A stretch of 64,000 nt of DNA, taken from NCBI GenBank assembly GCA_030295235.1, contig AP026162.1:992001-1056000 (forward strand), read 5' to 3'. The notes beneath the pieces were generated by a model. That model saw only the letters and a program-made list of their open reading frames with translations, did not search any database and was not told the origin of the DNA. This stretch comes from Fistulifera solaris (taxonomy: Eukaryota). Every line of letters begins with the position of its first letter. Within the stretch, counting starts at the first letter, position 1. The position numbers and the translations under genes were made by a program. Positions 32,174 to 44,866 of this stretch are shown here, piece by piece.

Positions 32174-33027
32174 TTACGTGTCAACAAGATTTTTGTTTGC
32201 CCCAAGCATGGCTTGTTTTCGAAAGTCATTCTCGGCGGAGTAAGCAAACGCGTCGTTTAAGGGTGGTGACTTTGTTGCAGCAGGTGCGCTGGCGTGGGCT
32301 CTTTTAGTGATATACCAGCCAACAAAGGAAGTTGCTGCAATACAGAAAATGAGAATTCCAAATGTGATGATAAAACTTTTCAGAGCTTCAGGGATGGCCA
32401 CATCCGGTCGCGTGGACCAGTTGAAAAGAGGTTACCGGAGCATTTCTGCGTGTTCGCGCCACCTAGGTCATAGTGATCGGAGCGAGGATCAGATGTAAAG
32501 CCAACTTCCACTTTAGGACGGAACTTGTACTGGTATGAATCCGACTGAGAGCCGAAGTAGAATGTCTCTTGTAAATAGAAATACCCAGCTTGCAGAAAGC
32601 CGTTGTTGCAGAGCGTTGTTCCTGTTTTTCCATATATACTGGATACTCCGCAGATGTCTTCCACTGCATGCACGTAGACGCTCTCTACTGTTCCATATCC
32701 TTGGACATAGACCGTAATGTAGGTTGTACTTTGAATGATCTCTTTGACGTAAAATTTCATGTGAACTCTTCCCTTGTCACCAGCTTGACAGGTCTCCGAA
32801 TTCCGATATTTTCCACTGCCGTAATAGTAAGTTCCGGGGCTGTCACATGTTATGCTGAGTTCATCGACAGTAATCAAGGAGTCCGAGCAAACAGAAAACT
32901 CGCTGTACGTCTTGTTACTCGCGCTTTGACCATTGTTATTGTAATAGTTGCCGTATCCATTGTTGTTGCCGCTCACCGATACCACGAGAACAACAAGCGA
33001 CAAAAGTGCTTGGTGCACGAATTTCAT
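32174..33027 (-). CDS. Type-I membrane protein, Cys-rich luminal domain (paralog A), frameshifted
   Basis: Signal peptide, N/Y/G-rich stretch, CDSPGTYYYGSGKYRNSETC. TM segment FIITFGILIFCIAATSFVGWYI lies in the adjoining frame. Confidence 0.75.
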
Positions 33028-33670
33028 TTTCAAAACGTAGGAACTACTTCTTTTTCTCTCTTTGCAAGTAATGATATCGTCGATCTCAAATAATATTTTA
33101 ATGATTTGCCATGTAACTGTGCAGACATCGGTGCACTCGTGTGATTTGGTGAAACAGAAAAGTGAGAGAGGCCAAGTGCAAGTTAGCGAGGTAATATGAA
33201 ATCGAATGTATTCTTAAAGCATGCATATGATTATTCATCTAAGTACTCCAAATTGTGTACAATAGAATGGCACACAAGTTTTCAGTGTGCGTTTGGTTGT
33301 TATCTTATCTCTCGCCAACTCCTATATACCTATCGTACCGGCACTCATTCTGGCGCACCGATACGCACAGCACCGACGTTAGTCTTCACTAAAGCGAGGA
33401 AGGGTCTTTTCTTGATTGCTCTCTCTAGCTAGAGAGACCACTCTATGACATGGTTCGCACCTTGCTCCCTATTAATTTAAATGTAAGTGAAGTGTCACTC
33501 GCTGAAACTTCTGCTCGTAAATAAAAGATACTCGATGAAGAATCATTGCACTTAATTTTGCTGGATGTAGGCCAGTGTGAAATTCTGCACGCACTAGCTC
33601 CATGTCGAGCTGTAAGTGTGCGAATGATGGTGCAAATTCTCCGTAAGCCTTTCTAATTTTGATATGTGCA

Positions 33671-34502
33671 CTATCTAAACAATGGGTTACCACGAAGATG
33701 CTTCTCGTCGTGTCCCCGATGGCAGCAGTTGCCATCCGTTTCACAATTTTCGTATGCACTTAGACCAACTACATTGTCATCGTCCTGTTCCGCTTTCGTC
33801 CAGACAAACAAAGCAAAAAGAAAAAAGAACAGCGCACGTTCCAAGAAGTATGCCATTCCTGGCGAAGAATATTTTGCCGGGTGACAGCTGCGTATTCTTG
33901 TTGCTCCATGGAGCGTATACAATGCCGTTGTTGTCTCGTCCTGGGCATTCCATATTCACCGCTCCTAGATTGGATCCATAGTCCATTTGTGACGAAAAGG
34001 CAAGCTGAACTAAAGGATAAAAGTGCCTTCGATCCTTGCCATCCGGGGTTCCTAGTTTCAGATTTGTCTCGAAACTATAGGTTCCTTGTCTCGTGCAATC
34101 ACCACCGATGAAGTCTTGGCAAAAATATGACGGTTTGATTGTGAATACGAGATTTGACTCGTCATCGTAAACCCCCAGTGTAATGAAAATGTTTTCACCA
34201 TACTGTAAATTGTCGACGACTCGGACTGTGCCTAAAATATTCATCGTGTCTCCATAATTGCACGTCTCGGAATTGCGATTGCCGCCATTCCCGTAATAAA
34301 AAGTATAAGGGCTGTCGCAGGAAACCGATAAAAAGGTCATCCTAACGACAGAGTTATCGCACACGGAGAGTCTGTAGCTGGATCTTCCGTATGGATTGTA
34401 ATAGTGGTTGTTTCCGCTGTTGTAGTACGCCGCTACAGACTGGAGCGCTAAAGCAAGGGCTATTATTCTCTGTAACATAAAAGCTGCTTTCGTAAAAGTC
34501 AT
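33671..34502 (-). CDS. Type-I membrane protein, Cys-rich luminal domain (paralog B), frameshifted
   Basis: Signal peptide, N/Y-rich stretch, CDSPYTFYYGNGGNRNSETC, LGAVNMEC. The TM segment is broken at a homopolymer near 33820. Confidence 0.75.
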
Positions 34503-34885
34503 TATATCCCTGGTATCTGCTAACAGTTCACTATTTGATGTCGAAGATCAAGTCGCCGGGATGATGGATGATGTCGTGCATAAGTAGTTGCTCTTCTCGG
34601 CTTTTGAAAGGCTTTCGTAAGCGCTCGCCAATCGCGCGCCGGCTCCATAGTAAAAAATTCAAAAACAGAATGAGTTAGACGACGTGTATCTAAGGTGCAG
34701 TATTTCAATGTCGTACCACCAGTCACAACGGACAAGCAAACTTTACGTCATCCCGTCTGCCATCACCAAGTTAAAAAATTTGCCTCCAACGCGACAATAC
34801 GTAGACTAGTAAGAAACAACAACAAGCAACACGGAACGTTCATGTGTGTCACTACTTGTAGGTTGTCGATCCCCATTTCAATACA

Positions 34886-36424
34886 ATGCCCAAAAGTGGA
34901 GACTCAAATGTAATTCCAGAATTACCGGAAGACTGGGACCGATGCCATGCTTTCATGGAAAAGAAGAAACGTTTCTGTCGACAGCAGCGAGCCTCCGACA
35001 GTTCGTACTGTGGCAATCATCAACATTTAGTTACCTCTATCAACTCAAAGCGCAAACGTGTTCCTTGTCCGTTAGATTCGTCGCATCTTGTTTTTGAAGA
35101 TTCCATTGAAAAGCACGTCTTGGTATGTCCCAAAGCAACGAAGCAGAAAGATCAAGAACGGCAGTTTTTCTATCAGTCCAACATTAATGCGGGAGGTCAC
35201 GGAACGCTTATTAAATGCGCACAACCTATCGATTTGACTCGAGCGAAGCGTCTCGCGCAGAGAATAATATCCGTACATGCTCAGATTTTTGGTGGGGGTA
35301 CTTCCTTTGCCGACATCAATGAAGCAATGGAACTCCTTGACTTGTCCGAGCCTGAAATGACGAAGGGTCTGCCGGAAGCCATTGCGGTGCATCGAATTAG
35401 ATCAGGAGGACCTCGTCACATTCTTCAACAGGCTAGTCTTCTGGGACACTTGCGACGGATCGGAGCTTTTCAAAGTACTACAAAGCGACGACGCATTATT
35501 GAACTCGGTGCTGGGAGAGGAATGTCGGGACTTATTATGGCGGCAGCTTCCTCTGGTTCGGGCGTTGCGACGGATTTGATTCTGGTGGAACGAAGTGGTT
35601 CGAGAGGAAAAGCGGATAAAATATTGAGAACCTTTAATCCGAAGGAAACGACCTATCCATTTGATTTGAAGTCGGTCTCGTGGCAGCGTGTGCAGTGTGA
35701 TATAGCTCATGTGGACTTGGTGTCCCTTCTGAACCATCCTAGAAATAATGACGCTTTTCAAGTGAGTGAAGATTCAACAGACGAACTAGTTGTGGTGGCA
35801 AAGCACCTTTGTGGCGTTGGCAGTGATCTGGCATTAAAGTCATTGTATCCGATACGCTCTCGTGTCACAGCTTGTATATTTGCAACGTGTTGTCATGGTG
35901 TATGTCGTTGGAATGGCTATGTCGGTCGCGATTATCTTCAAAAAGCGGTACAAACAGAAGAGTTGCCTTTCGGAGAAGCCGAGTTTGATCTTATGCGAAA
36001 ATGGGCCGGGGCAGTCGTAATGGAACCCACAATCGTCGGTTCGAATGCCGACCCTTGCGAAGATGATGATGAGGGAGACGATAATCGCCATTATACATCT
36101 CCTGACAATGATAACAATGATTTATTAAAGAGTGTAGGTATCGCTGCTGTTGCAGAGGGACTGGATTGTGGTACCCGAGGTCTCAGTCGAGCTTGCCAGC
36201 GTTTGATTGACTACGGTCGTCGTGAATATATTCATCACATGTTGGGGGATGCATCTGATTTGAAGGTTGAAATGCTGCGGTATACACCGGATGAAACATC
36301 ACCGCAGAATACTGCCCTTATAGGATATCGGAAAAGTCTATCATCGGTGTCGTCGGGGATAAAAGGACCGCCACATCTATATCAGATAGCTCATAAAACG
36401 ACTCCTAGTAAATATTCTTCATAA
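34886..36424 (+). CDS. TRM13: tRNA:m4X methyltransferase TRM13
   Basis: CCCH finger (C...KKRFC...YCGNH), CHHC finger (RVPCPLDSSH...KHVLVC), IELGAGRG, KHLCG..SDL, ATCCHG, LIDYGR, SPQN. Confidence 0.92.
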   Translation: MPKSGDSNVIPELPEDWDRCHAFMEKKKRFCRQQRASDSSYCGNHQHLVTSINSKRKRVPCPLDSSHLVFEDSIEKHVLVCPKATKQKDQERQFFYQSNINAGGHGTLIKCAQPIDLTRAKRLAQRIISVHAQIFGGGTSFADINEAMELLDLSEPEMTKGLPEAIAVHRIRSGGPRHILQQASLLGHLRRIGAFQSTTKRRRIIELGAGRGMSGLIMAAASSGSGVATDLILVERSGSRGKADKILRTFNPKETTYPFDLKSVSWQRVQCDIAHVDLVSLLNHPRNNDAFQVSEDSTDELVVVAKHLCGVGSDLALKSLYPIRSRVTACIFATCCHGVCRWNGYVGRDYLQKAVQTEELPFGEAEFDLMRKWAGAVVMEPTIVGSNADPCEDDDEGDDNRHYTSPDNDNNDLLKSVGIAAVAEGLDCGTRGLSRACQRLIDYGRREYIHHMLGDASDLKVEMLRYTPDETSPQNTALIGYRKSLSSVSSGIKGPPHLYQIAHKTTPSKYSS

Positions 36425-36726
36425 AAACATCTTTTCGCAACTTTCATGCTTAGGCAAGCTTCCCGAAAGGCATGATGGACGCATGATCGGTAGGGAGAAT
36501 GATTGCCATGGTGAATCCCACTATTGCGTGCGACTAAATTTCTTTTCGAACAGGCTTATAATTATCAGGTCTGAGCCCGTGCCTGGTACAGCGACCCTAT
36601 GTAGAGCTCTTCCGACACGTTGAGTGTTCCTTCATCCAAGAATAAACACAATATTGTAACGCATACTCAAACTGCAGAATTAGTAAGAGACCATTGTACG
36701 TCTACAATGCCATCCCTGACAGATAT

Positions 36727-38631
36727 TTAACGCGCCAGTCCAACGGGTTGGTTCGTCAAGGGTTCACAGGCGGCTCCATCAATCGTACTTGAAACACGTT
36801 TATCATTGGCAACAGGTTCGCAACCATCGTTGCTTTGTGCCGGGCGTTTTGCGGGCCCTTCCTCTTCATTGGAACCTGGTCCGACTTTCCTCTTCTCCTT
36901 CGCCTTGTCGTTTCGCAAGTCATGGAGCTTTTCAAAGTAGCTGTCACCAATCACTTGCCCGGTCACATAGTCTCCGCTGAAACAACTCGAATCAAAACGA
37001 TCGAATGATCGCTCTTTCGGGGCAAGCTCCCGGAGGCAATCCTCCAAGTCATTTAGGTCCTGGTAGACGACCCAATCGCAGCCAATTTTTGCGGCTATTT
37101 CCTCTTCATTTCTGTTGTACGCAATCAACTCATTTCGTGTGGGAATATCAATGCCATAGATGTTGGGATACCGAATCGGTGGCGCAGCCGAACAAAAGTA
37201 TACTTTGTTGGCACCCGCATCGCGCGCCATTTGAACGATTTCGTTCGAAGTAGTACCGCGCACAATGGAATCATCAACCAAGAGAACGTTTTTGCCTTGA
37301 AATTCTCGTTTGATCGTGTTCAACTTGAGACGCACGGACTTGCGCCGCGTGGCTTGACCGGGCATGATGAAAGTGCGCGCAATATAGCGGTTCTTGATAA
37401 ACCCTTCACGAAAAGGACGATTCAAAACATAAGCTGCCTGTAAAGCTGATGTTCGGCTGGTATCAGGAATCGGAATAACCACGTCAATGTCGTGATCCGG
37501 ATATTGGCGCAAAATTTTCTTGGCCAATTTCTCGCCCATTTTGAGACGTGACTCGTAAACGCTGACACCGTCCATGATAGAGTCTGGTCTTGCAAAATAA
37601 ACATACTCGAAGATACAAGGAGAAAGAACGGATTTCGAGTGAGCCATGCGGCTATGGCAATTGCCTTCCATGTCCATGAAAATGACTTCGCCGGGTCGCA
37701 CATCCCTGAAGAGCAAAGGATAGTTAAATTAAGTGAGATCAAAGAGAAAATAACAATAGCGCGTATAGCAAACCATTAGAACAACGTACCGAATCAATTG
37801 AAATCCCAGTGTATCAATCGCCACCGATTCACTCGATATGACGTAGTCGAGCGATCTCTTGGCCGTGTCCATGTGCGAGGGAGTCCTGGGAATGCCTTCG
37901 TCGTCAAACATCTCATCCGTGACCGTCGGAGACCGACGACAACCGAACACCAGAGGACGAATACCATTTGGATCGCGAAAGCCGACGAGACCAAATCCGT
38001 TGACCAGATACAACCCCGCGTATCCGCCCTCGGTTTTCTGCATGACCGAACCGACGGCACTGAAAATAGCTTCTTTCATGTTGAGCTGGTCCTTTCCTAC
38101 TGCCAGAGTTTCTCTCGTCAATTCTTCCGAAAACAAGTTCAAGAGCAATTCGGAATCACTGTCCGTATTGACGTGTCGGCCAATCTCCGTCAATTGCTTG
38201 GCAATTTGCTCCGTATTCGTCAAGTTTCCGTTGTGCGCTACACAGATTCCGTAGGGATAATTTGTGTACAGCGGTTGTGCTTCGGCACACGAACTGGTTC
38301 CGGCCGTAGGATAACGGCAATGGCCGATTCCGAGATGTCCCCGCAGCTCCACCATGTGATGTTGATGAAAGACATCTTTCACCAATCCGTTGTCCTTGCG
38401 TAAATGCAAACGCCCTCCTTCCGAAGTAACCATGCCTGCAGCATCTTGTCCGCGGTGCTGCAAGACGGTAAGTCCGTCAAATATCATTTGATTGACCTGT
38501 GAAAGTAATGATGATCGTGTGAGCGGAAATCGCATAATTTTCGAATCGTACAAACGTGATTTGTGCATTGCTTTGATTTTACTTACATGTTCCTTCTCGT
38601 TTGCCAAAAGTAGACCAATAATACCACACAT
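36727..38631 (-). CDS. purF: Amidophosphoribosyltransferase; introns ~38497-38585 and ~37706-37788
   Basis: MCGIIG, LQHRGQDAAG, GHCRYPTAG, HNGNLTN, CIFEYVYFARPDS, LLVDDSIVRGTT. Confidence 0.96.
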
Positions 38632-39051
38632 GATGGTTCCCTTTCGTTGCGGACGAAACGAGATTAATTCTGAGAGACCTTTTGATAACCGAAAAGCGAA
38701 ATACTTGTCCGTTCCATGAAGATTCTCGAGTGGATGCGGTGCAATGGCTTTTTTCTGTTTCGGCGTTATTTATTTTCCTTGGTTGGAGAAAATTTTCGCA
38801 CCGCTACGCAGGTCAGACGGAAGGGACATTCGACAAAAGATCTCGCGTCTTAGACCTCTGGCTGGTACCGTACCGGTACATTTCTCTACGGTGTCCTACT
38901 GCGCAGGGGGGAGAATGACACCCCATTCATTTCTTTTCCCGCGCCTTTCTTCTTATTTTGATGAACACAAAATACTTGTATAGCTCAAGTTTACAACACT
39001 GTCAGCAAACAAGAATTTTATACTTTCGAACAGGAAGAAGAACTACAAAAG

Positions 39052-40712
39052 ATGAACGAAGCGCTACTCGAACTCATTCCAGTCGACCAGTTCACGGAGC
39101 ATCAAGAAAAAATGCTAGAGTTGGAGATGTGCGATTCGGTCAAACTGTATCGATTTTCTCGCGAGCCTTCCAGTTTGAATGAGGTCAGCTTTGATTCAAA
39201 CAAATCTATCTCGATTTGGCGTGACAATGGAACTGTCATCTGCTTGGGCGGTGAAGCTCACGACAAGTACTGTGAGCGATGCATTTGCTTTGATATCTCA
39301 CACGGTGAGATTACTCGTCAGGTTGCCATCTACGGCATTGCTGACGATTACGACGAAGAATATACACAAAGCGACGCGGGGATGGCGGAGACGACCGCCT
39401 TCTTTTGGTCTTTGAAGGACCTTGAAGCAGACATATCCATTCTCGAGATCTTTATTCACGGTAGCGAGGATCAAATCTCTTCCCCTTTCTCGTTGAAGGC
39501 ACTTCAACCACACCAGCTCGCCTCTATCCTGGACGCGAATCCAACACGGACATTCGATATTCGATGCGGTCCTTTGACCCCGAAGCAGTCCAAGATTCTG
39601 GCAACTCCGCCGTATCCTTTGAAACTCAAATTTGGCGAGTCACTTGTGACCAATGAAGATCAATTTCGTTTTCAAAAAAAGATAAGGGACGCGCATTTGT
39701 GGATGCACTTGAGAAGCGTCAACCGCTTTTCTTTGGATCACTTTCGATTGATCTCAGCATCTCTGATGAGATTCCCTTCGGTCCTAACGAGTTGAAACGT
39801 CTTTTAGAGCTGGATATATCTTATGATAAGCTTGCGATCGCTAACGTTATCCGGGATAACAAGTCAGTCCTCCTACCATTATCCGTCAAGGCAAACAGTC
39901 TCGAATGCAAGATTGAGGCACAGCGTTTCCAGGCAAATGATTTCAATTCCCTGAATATCGTCACGAGAGACCTTCGACTGATGATTGATCTAGTCAACGT
40001 GACCGATTGGGAAATGTACTTGACTTTGTTCTTCAATCGAGTCGCCGTATTGGGTCATTTTCAAAAACTGAACCTCTTGTTTGATTGTCGTCGATCTTAT
40101 GAAGAAACTCAGTTATTTGAATTCGAAAAAGTTGCATCGATTACGAAAGCATTGCTACATGCAGTGAACTCTAATCCAAAGCTCTCGCACTTGGATTTGA
40201 GCGATGAATCTTCGAAAATAGACTTTATTCCACATTTGAAGGATATTTTTGAGGGCATAGAAGCGCACAAAGGGCTACGTTTCCTCGTGGTGGAAAGTTA
40301 CCCATGTACTGACGACCCTGACTACTCGTGGTTGAAGCGTCTACTTTCTCGAAACCGGACGATCACGGTTTTGGATGATACAGGCACAATACTTTCTGAC
40401 GGATCTACTATCGACGAGCTTTATTCGCTAAACCGTTTCTATAACGGTTCGGAAGCCCTTTCGAAAGATTCTGCGTCCCCTCGTCGAGAGCTGGTAACGA
40501 AGGCACTTCTCGAAAGCGCTTCGAAATGCTTCCAGCGCAGTGCTTTGCTGTTGTTTCGTCTCACGGATGTGTTGTGCGAGTTTCTTCAAGACGATGATTC
40601 GAACCAAGACGAAGGTATTGCGTCGCAGACTGTGTCGGAAGCGACCGAACTTCCCGACTCTAATCCTTGTGAGTCAACTGAGACAGCACCCAAAAAGATG
40701 CGTACTTCGTAA
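39052..40712 (+). CDS. Lineage-specific hypothetical protein (degenerate LRR/RNI-like), one frameshift
   Basis: Two overlapping long ORFs. Motifs LLSRNR.I.V.D and LNRFY.GS...FQRSALLL resemble, from memory, a family expanded in Fistulifera. Confidence 0.65.
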
Positions 40713-41039
40713 TATAACTAACTACTGTAGACTAGGGGCAAGGAGAACAGATACTGTAAGAGTTGTTAGTGAGCACGACTCAAATTTTTAGTCACGGTTG
40801 TACTCGTCCTACACTCTACACTCTTTACTACGACGCTTCTGTCATCCGGTACCCTGACGGTACCCACTACCTAAACAGTTAACCTCTTGTTTTGATGTTG
40901 AATGTCATCGCAACATGAAGCCATCCGACATCCGATCAAAAAAAAGCAGATCAACCAAAATGCACCATTACAAACCTTGCCTGATTTCCTCTCAATCTTT
41001 CTTGTGTGTGTTGATAAGCTTCTCCTTCCCGTGATAACC

Positions 41040-42592
41040 ATGAAGGACGCAAAACTGCTTTGGGTTCTCTACTGGATCACGACACTGACTCGAATTGATG
41101 CCTATCATTTTCCTGTGTCATCGTCGCGTCGGCGTGTGTCGCCTTTGCAAGCAACAAAAACACGAGTCGGGCGTCAGAATCGCATTCAGGAATTACTAGA
41201 TTGGGCCAAGAATACAGCAGATATCAAAGCAGGTGGCATTGAGTTGAAATCATCTCCGGAATCGGGGCTCGGATGGTTTGCTACGCGAACGATTCCGGCG
41301 AATTCGGTGCTTTTATCCGTCCCTTCGGCGCTTGTCTTGAGCGTAGAAGGGACCGATGGACCACCACAAGTCGAGAAACTTGTCGACCGGAGTATTGTAC
41401 GCACACTGCCTTGGTACGCACGCATGTCACTTTATTTGCACTATCTATCAGAGAAGGATCCCACCATTTCGGATGTCAATATTCAGCCTTGGTTGGATTC
41501 GTTACCGACACAATTTGATACGCCGCTGCATTGGGGTTCTCTCAAAGAATTACAGTATCCGTACATGGAAGTAGCAGTAGCTAAGCAAAAGAAAGATTGG
41601 GAAGCATATCACAAGCAGATGCAAGGCGTCCTTTCTTGGGAAGATTTTGTATGGGGATGCGAGTGTGCACGCTCGCGTGCCTTTTCCGGTGCATATACGG
41701 GTGGAGCCTTCAATCCGCGCATCTATGTCTTCACGTTGTTGTTAGTAATGTTGTATGTTGGTTTGAATCTTGGTACTTTGGAGCAAGCAGCCAACGGAGC
41801 TGGTGTGGTCGTGAGTGCATCTATATTCAAGGACTTTGTTGTGCCCAAGTTGTTCAAGCAGCAAAGGTACATTATTTGTCCAGTCATCGATATGGCGAAT
41901 CATCAATCCATCGGATCGGGAGGAGAAGTCTCCTTCGAATATTTTACGAATGCCTACAGTCTCGCAAGCTCAAAAGAAATTCCGGCCGGAAAGAGGTCAC
42001 TATTTCCTACGGAAAACGTTCTAATGATCAGCTGCTGCAGTACTATGGCTTTGTCGAGCAAGATAATTCTAATGATGTCTATATTCTCCCAGCACTGCGT
42101 GAGTGGGATATCGAAACAATTGAAAAGAATTGCGGGCGTAAGGTTGCTGCAGGTCGACTCGCCAAGCTTGAACGGGCTGGCCTGTTGGGAAGTACAGTCG
42201 AGAATGCTGCTGCGAAATCAAATGAAGAGGCAGCAAATGCAGCGGGTGGAGTTGTGGTTAAGCGCGGCTCGGGAGTTGATCCGGCTGTTTTGCAAGCCCT
42301 CCGAGCTCTACTATCCACAGATGAAGAGTGGTCTGCTGCGAGTGAAGCGATAGGTAACTTTGTCGAACCCGTCAATCCGGAAAATGAAAAATGTGCTCGG
42401 ATCGCCGCACGAACTGCTCTTGAACAAGAACTATCGAATAAAGCTACGACTCTCGAAGAGGACGAGACGTTGCTGCAGCGAATGGAAAGTATGAAGAAAG
42501 CAACGGATAGTAGTGTTGAAGACTTACTCGCCATTCAATTTCGAATAGAAAAGAAGAAATTACTTCAGGAAACGATCGACAGATTGAGATGA
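41040..42592 (+). CDS. SET-domain lysine methyltransferase (Rubisco LSMT-like), probably plastid-targeted; one frameshift
   Basis: GLGWFAT, ARSRAF, CPVIDMANH, ISYGKRSNDQLLQYYGF, LAIQFRIEKKKLL. Signal peptide followed by a transit-like stretch. Confidence 0.88.
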
Positions 42593-42661
42593 TAATAAAG
42601 TCGAATTATTTAAGCCGTTATTGCATTATAACTTCGATAAAAAGTATACAGTAATGATTTA

Positions 42662-43873
42662 TCAACGAGATGCCGTTGATGTATATCGTTGCAGTCGGGG
42701 AACAAGTAATGACCCGATGATCAATTGAAGCGGGTGCAGAAACATGATTGGTGCGCAGTAGGCGGCCAAATTAGGATTGCCCTCAAATATAGTATTGATT
42801 AACGGTAATCCAAATGCCAGAGTCTTTTGCGCAGCACAAAACATGGAAGCAACAACTTCACCGCGCGAGAATCCGAATGCGGGGATGGAGAACAACGCAA
42901 AGACCGTTGCTAACGATACTCCATGGAGAATCGGTAGCAACAGCAAAAGCCCGATCCCACTTTGAAGTTCAAGCCCGATATTTTCCGAAATGGCCGTGCA
43001 GAATGCATTCCAAAGGATACTTAACAAGATGACTTCCTGTAGCCGCTTGAAAAATTTCGAGTGCTTGTTGTACATATCTTTTGCTTTCGTTGCTCTCAAC
43101 ATTTGGCCAATTGTAACAGGAAGTAATACTTTATTCGCAAGCTTGATGAGCATGTCCATAAAGGGTAGAGAGATCTGTGACCCAAAGAAACGAAACAAGA
43201 GAAAGGGTGTCGCAAAAATTCCCCCAAGATTACTGACGACAGCATTGCAGAGTGCACTAGCCACATTCCCTCCAGAAGCGGAAGTAAGAATCACATTCAT
43301 GTTAACAGTGGTAGGAAGGCATGTCAGTATTAAAAGACCTTCAGTTAAAGGCCGCGGAAATATGCCAGGAAGGAAAGCATTCAGAAATGACGTCAATGGA
43401 ACCCCGACGAGAAAAGGCCACACAGCAAATATGATTGTTTGAACGAGCGTGTTTAGCTTGACGCTGGCGTATGCTTTCGTTAGCTGTGATAATTCCAACG
43501 AAAGCCCAGAAAGAAGAAAGACTGCGGCGACTCCGTATTTTCCGATGATCAATTCAGGTTTTAAAATTCCTCCTGTTTTCCCAAGTGAAGGAAATGCTCG
43601 GGCAAATCCCACAGCAAAGAACATACCCATGAGAAAGAAGTTCTTTTCGATAAAGCTTGCTATTCTCCTGAGTTTTGGAGTCAGTGAATCATCCTGCTCC
43701 AAGCTGGCGGAAAGAAGTAATCGATCATTCGGTGCACGTTGAAAAATGAGGGGCCGTTCTTTGCGTAATGAGCTGGAGAACGCTTTCGCATGGCGCGGGT
43801 TGTTTAAGAACCCTTCCGCTGCGGCGCAGCATCCCAGAGCGTATAAGATTAGTACGAGGATCGCTCCTTTCAT
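42662..43873 (-). CDS. Sodium/bile-acid symporter family (SLC10A7/BASS4-like), probably plastid-targeted
   Basis: FLLSGLSL, CLPTTVN, SNLGGIFATP, QKTLAFGLP, HPLQL. Multiple TM segments; presequence ending AEG-F. Confidence 0.88.
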   Translation of the reverse strand: MKGAILVLILYALGCCAAAEGFLNNPRHAKAFSSSLRKERPLIFQRAPNDRLLLSASLEQDDSLTPKLRRIASFIEKNFFLMGMFFAVGFARAFPSLGKTGGILKPELIIGKYGVAAVFLLSGLSLELSQLTKAYASVKLNTLVQTIIFAVWPFLVGVPLTSFLNAFLPGIFPRPLTEGLLILTCLPTTVNMNVILTSASGGNVASALCNAVVSNLGGIFATPFLLFRFFGSQISLPFMDMLIKLANKVLLPVTIGQMLRATKAKDMYNKHSKFFKRLQEVILLSILWNAFCTAISENIGLELQSGIGLLLLLPILHGVSLATVFALFSIPAFGFSRGEVVASMFCAAQKTLAFGLPLINTIFEGNPNLAAYCAPIMFLHPLQLIIGSLLVPRLQRYTSTASR

Positions 43874-44259
43874 CGAAAAGCTATCACGTTAATAGGTTTC
43901 TTGCGTTCGAAATCAAGCCATGGTTATCGATCAAATTAATGAATGAATGCCGAATGTCAAAAATTCCATAATCTAGTAAAAGCGGATCCATTCTTGTCCG
44001 TTGAAACTGTTTATACTATTCGTATGTACTGTTTATAGGCATCTAAAATTTTCAAGACAGCACTCAAAGTGTGACAAGTGAATAGTAGACCTTTTGCCAA
44101 CGGACAGATAATATTGAGCTGATGCTACATTTGCTTTATACTCTTGCTCCGGACTCCTCCGGAGTAGTAAAAATAATGATCGACGAGGACTGACGCACGA
44201 CAGACTCAACATTTTTTTTACAATAGGTATACAACAAAAATCACTCATAACATCAACTA

Positions 44260-44289
44260 GCAGATGTGGTGCAGTGGTAACACGTCAGG
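44260..44289 (+). pseudogene. Isolated tRNA 5' half (acceptor 5' strand, D-arm/A-box, anticodon 5' strand)
   Basis: GCAGATG-TG-GTGCAGTGGTAACAC-G-TCAGG. No matching 3' half seen nearby. Confidence 0.5.
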
Positions 44290-44299
44290 AGCTAGGGAG

Positions 44300-44372
44300 T
44301 CCGGTATGATGTAGGTGGTTAGCATACTTGCCTTTCACGCAGGATACCGGGGTTCGAGTCCCCGTACCGGAA
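44300..44372 (+). tRNA. trnE-UUC: tRNA-Glu (anticodon TTC)
   Basis: Acceptor TCCGGTA/TACCGGA. Anticodon arm CTTGC-CTTTCAC-GCAGG with TTC at 44334-44336. T-arm CGGGG-TTCGAGT-CCCCG. T5 terminator at 44379-44383. Confidence 0.95.
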
Positions 44373-44866
44373 ATTAACTTTTTGACTCCTGTAGATCATT
44401 TCTGATCTATAGGAGGTCATGATTGTTGTTTTGATGCACCTGTGGGGAACATGGGCTACACGATCTACCATTCATCAACGAGCCATTGGGAATACGACAA
44501 CGGCTAATGCAATTATTCACAAACGATCTAGAGCCATTGCATACCGAGCTAACGTATTGAAGTATGAGGGATGGTCTAATGTTAATAGAGAAAGTACGTT
44601 ACCGCATATTGGCTTTCATTGGCGCGGTGATGTTTGCACTGCACGAAGCAACTGCAGAAAACGGTAAGGTTTATGTACTATGTACCGAGGGCAACTTATG
44701 CATGAATTGATTTGATTTCAGTCATGAGTCATGGGACACGACCTACGCTTGACTGCATTGTAACACACACACTTCCTTATGCAAAAGTTCGAATAGATCT
44801 ACATTATTAGCGCTGAGCAGTTTCGTGGTCTTCGTTTTGATGATCAATCAATGCAATGTGTCGGCG

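Noticed and set aside
44260..44400. Nested tRNA-within-tRNA intron model (CAGGAG pairing with downstream CTCCTG)
   Set aside because: No T-arm or acceptor 3' strand follows, and a T5 terminator intervenes.
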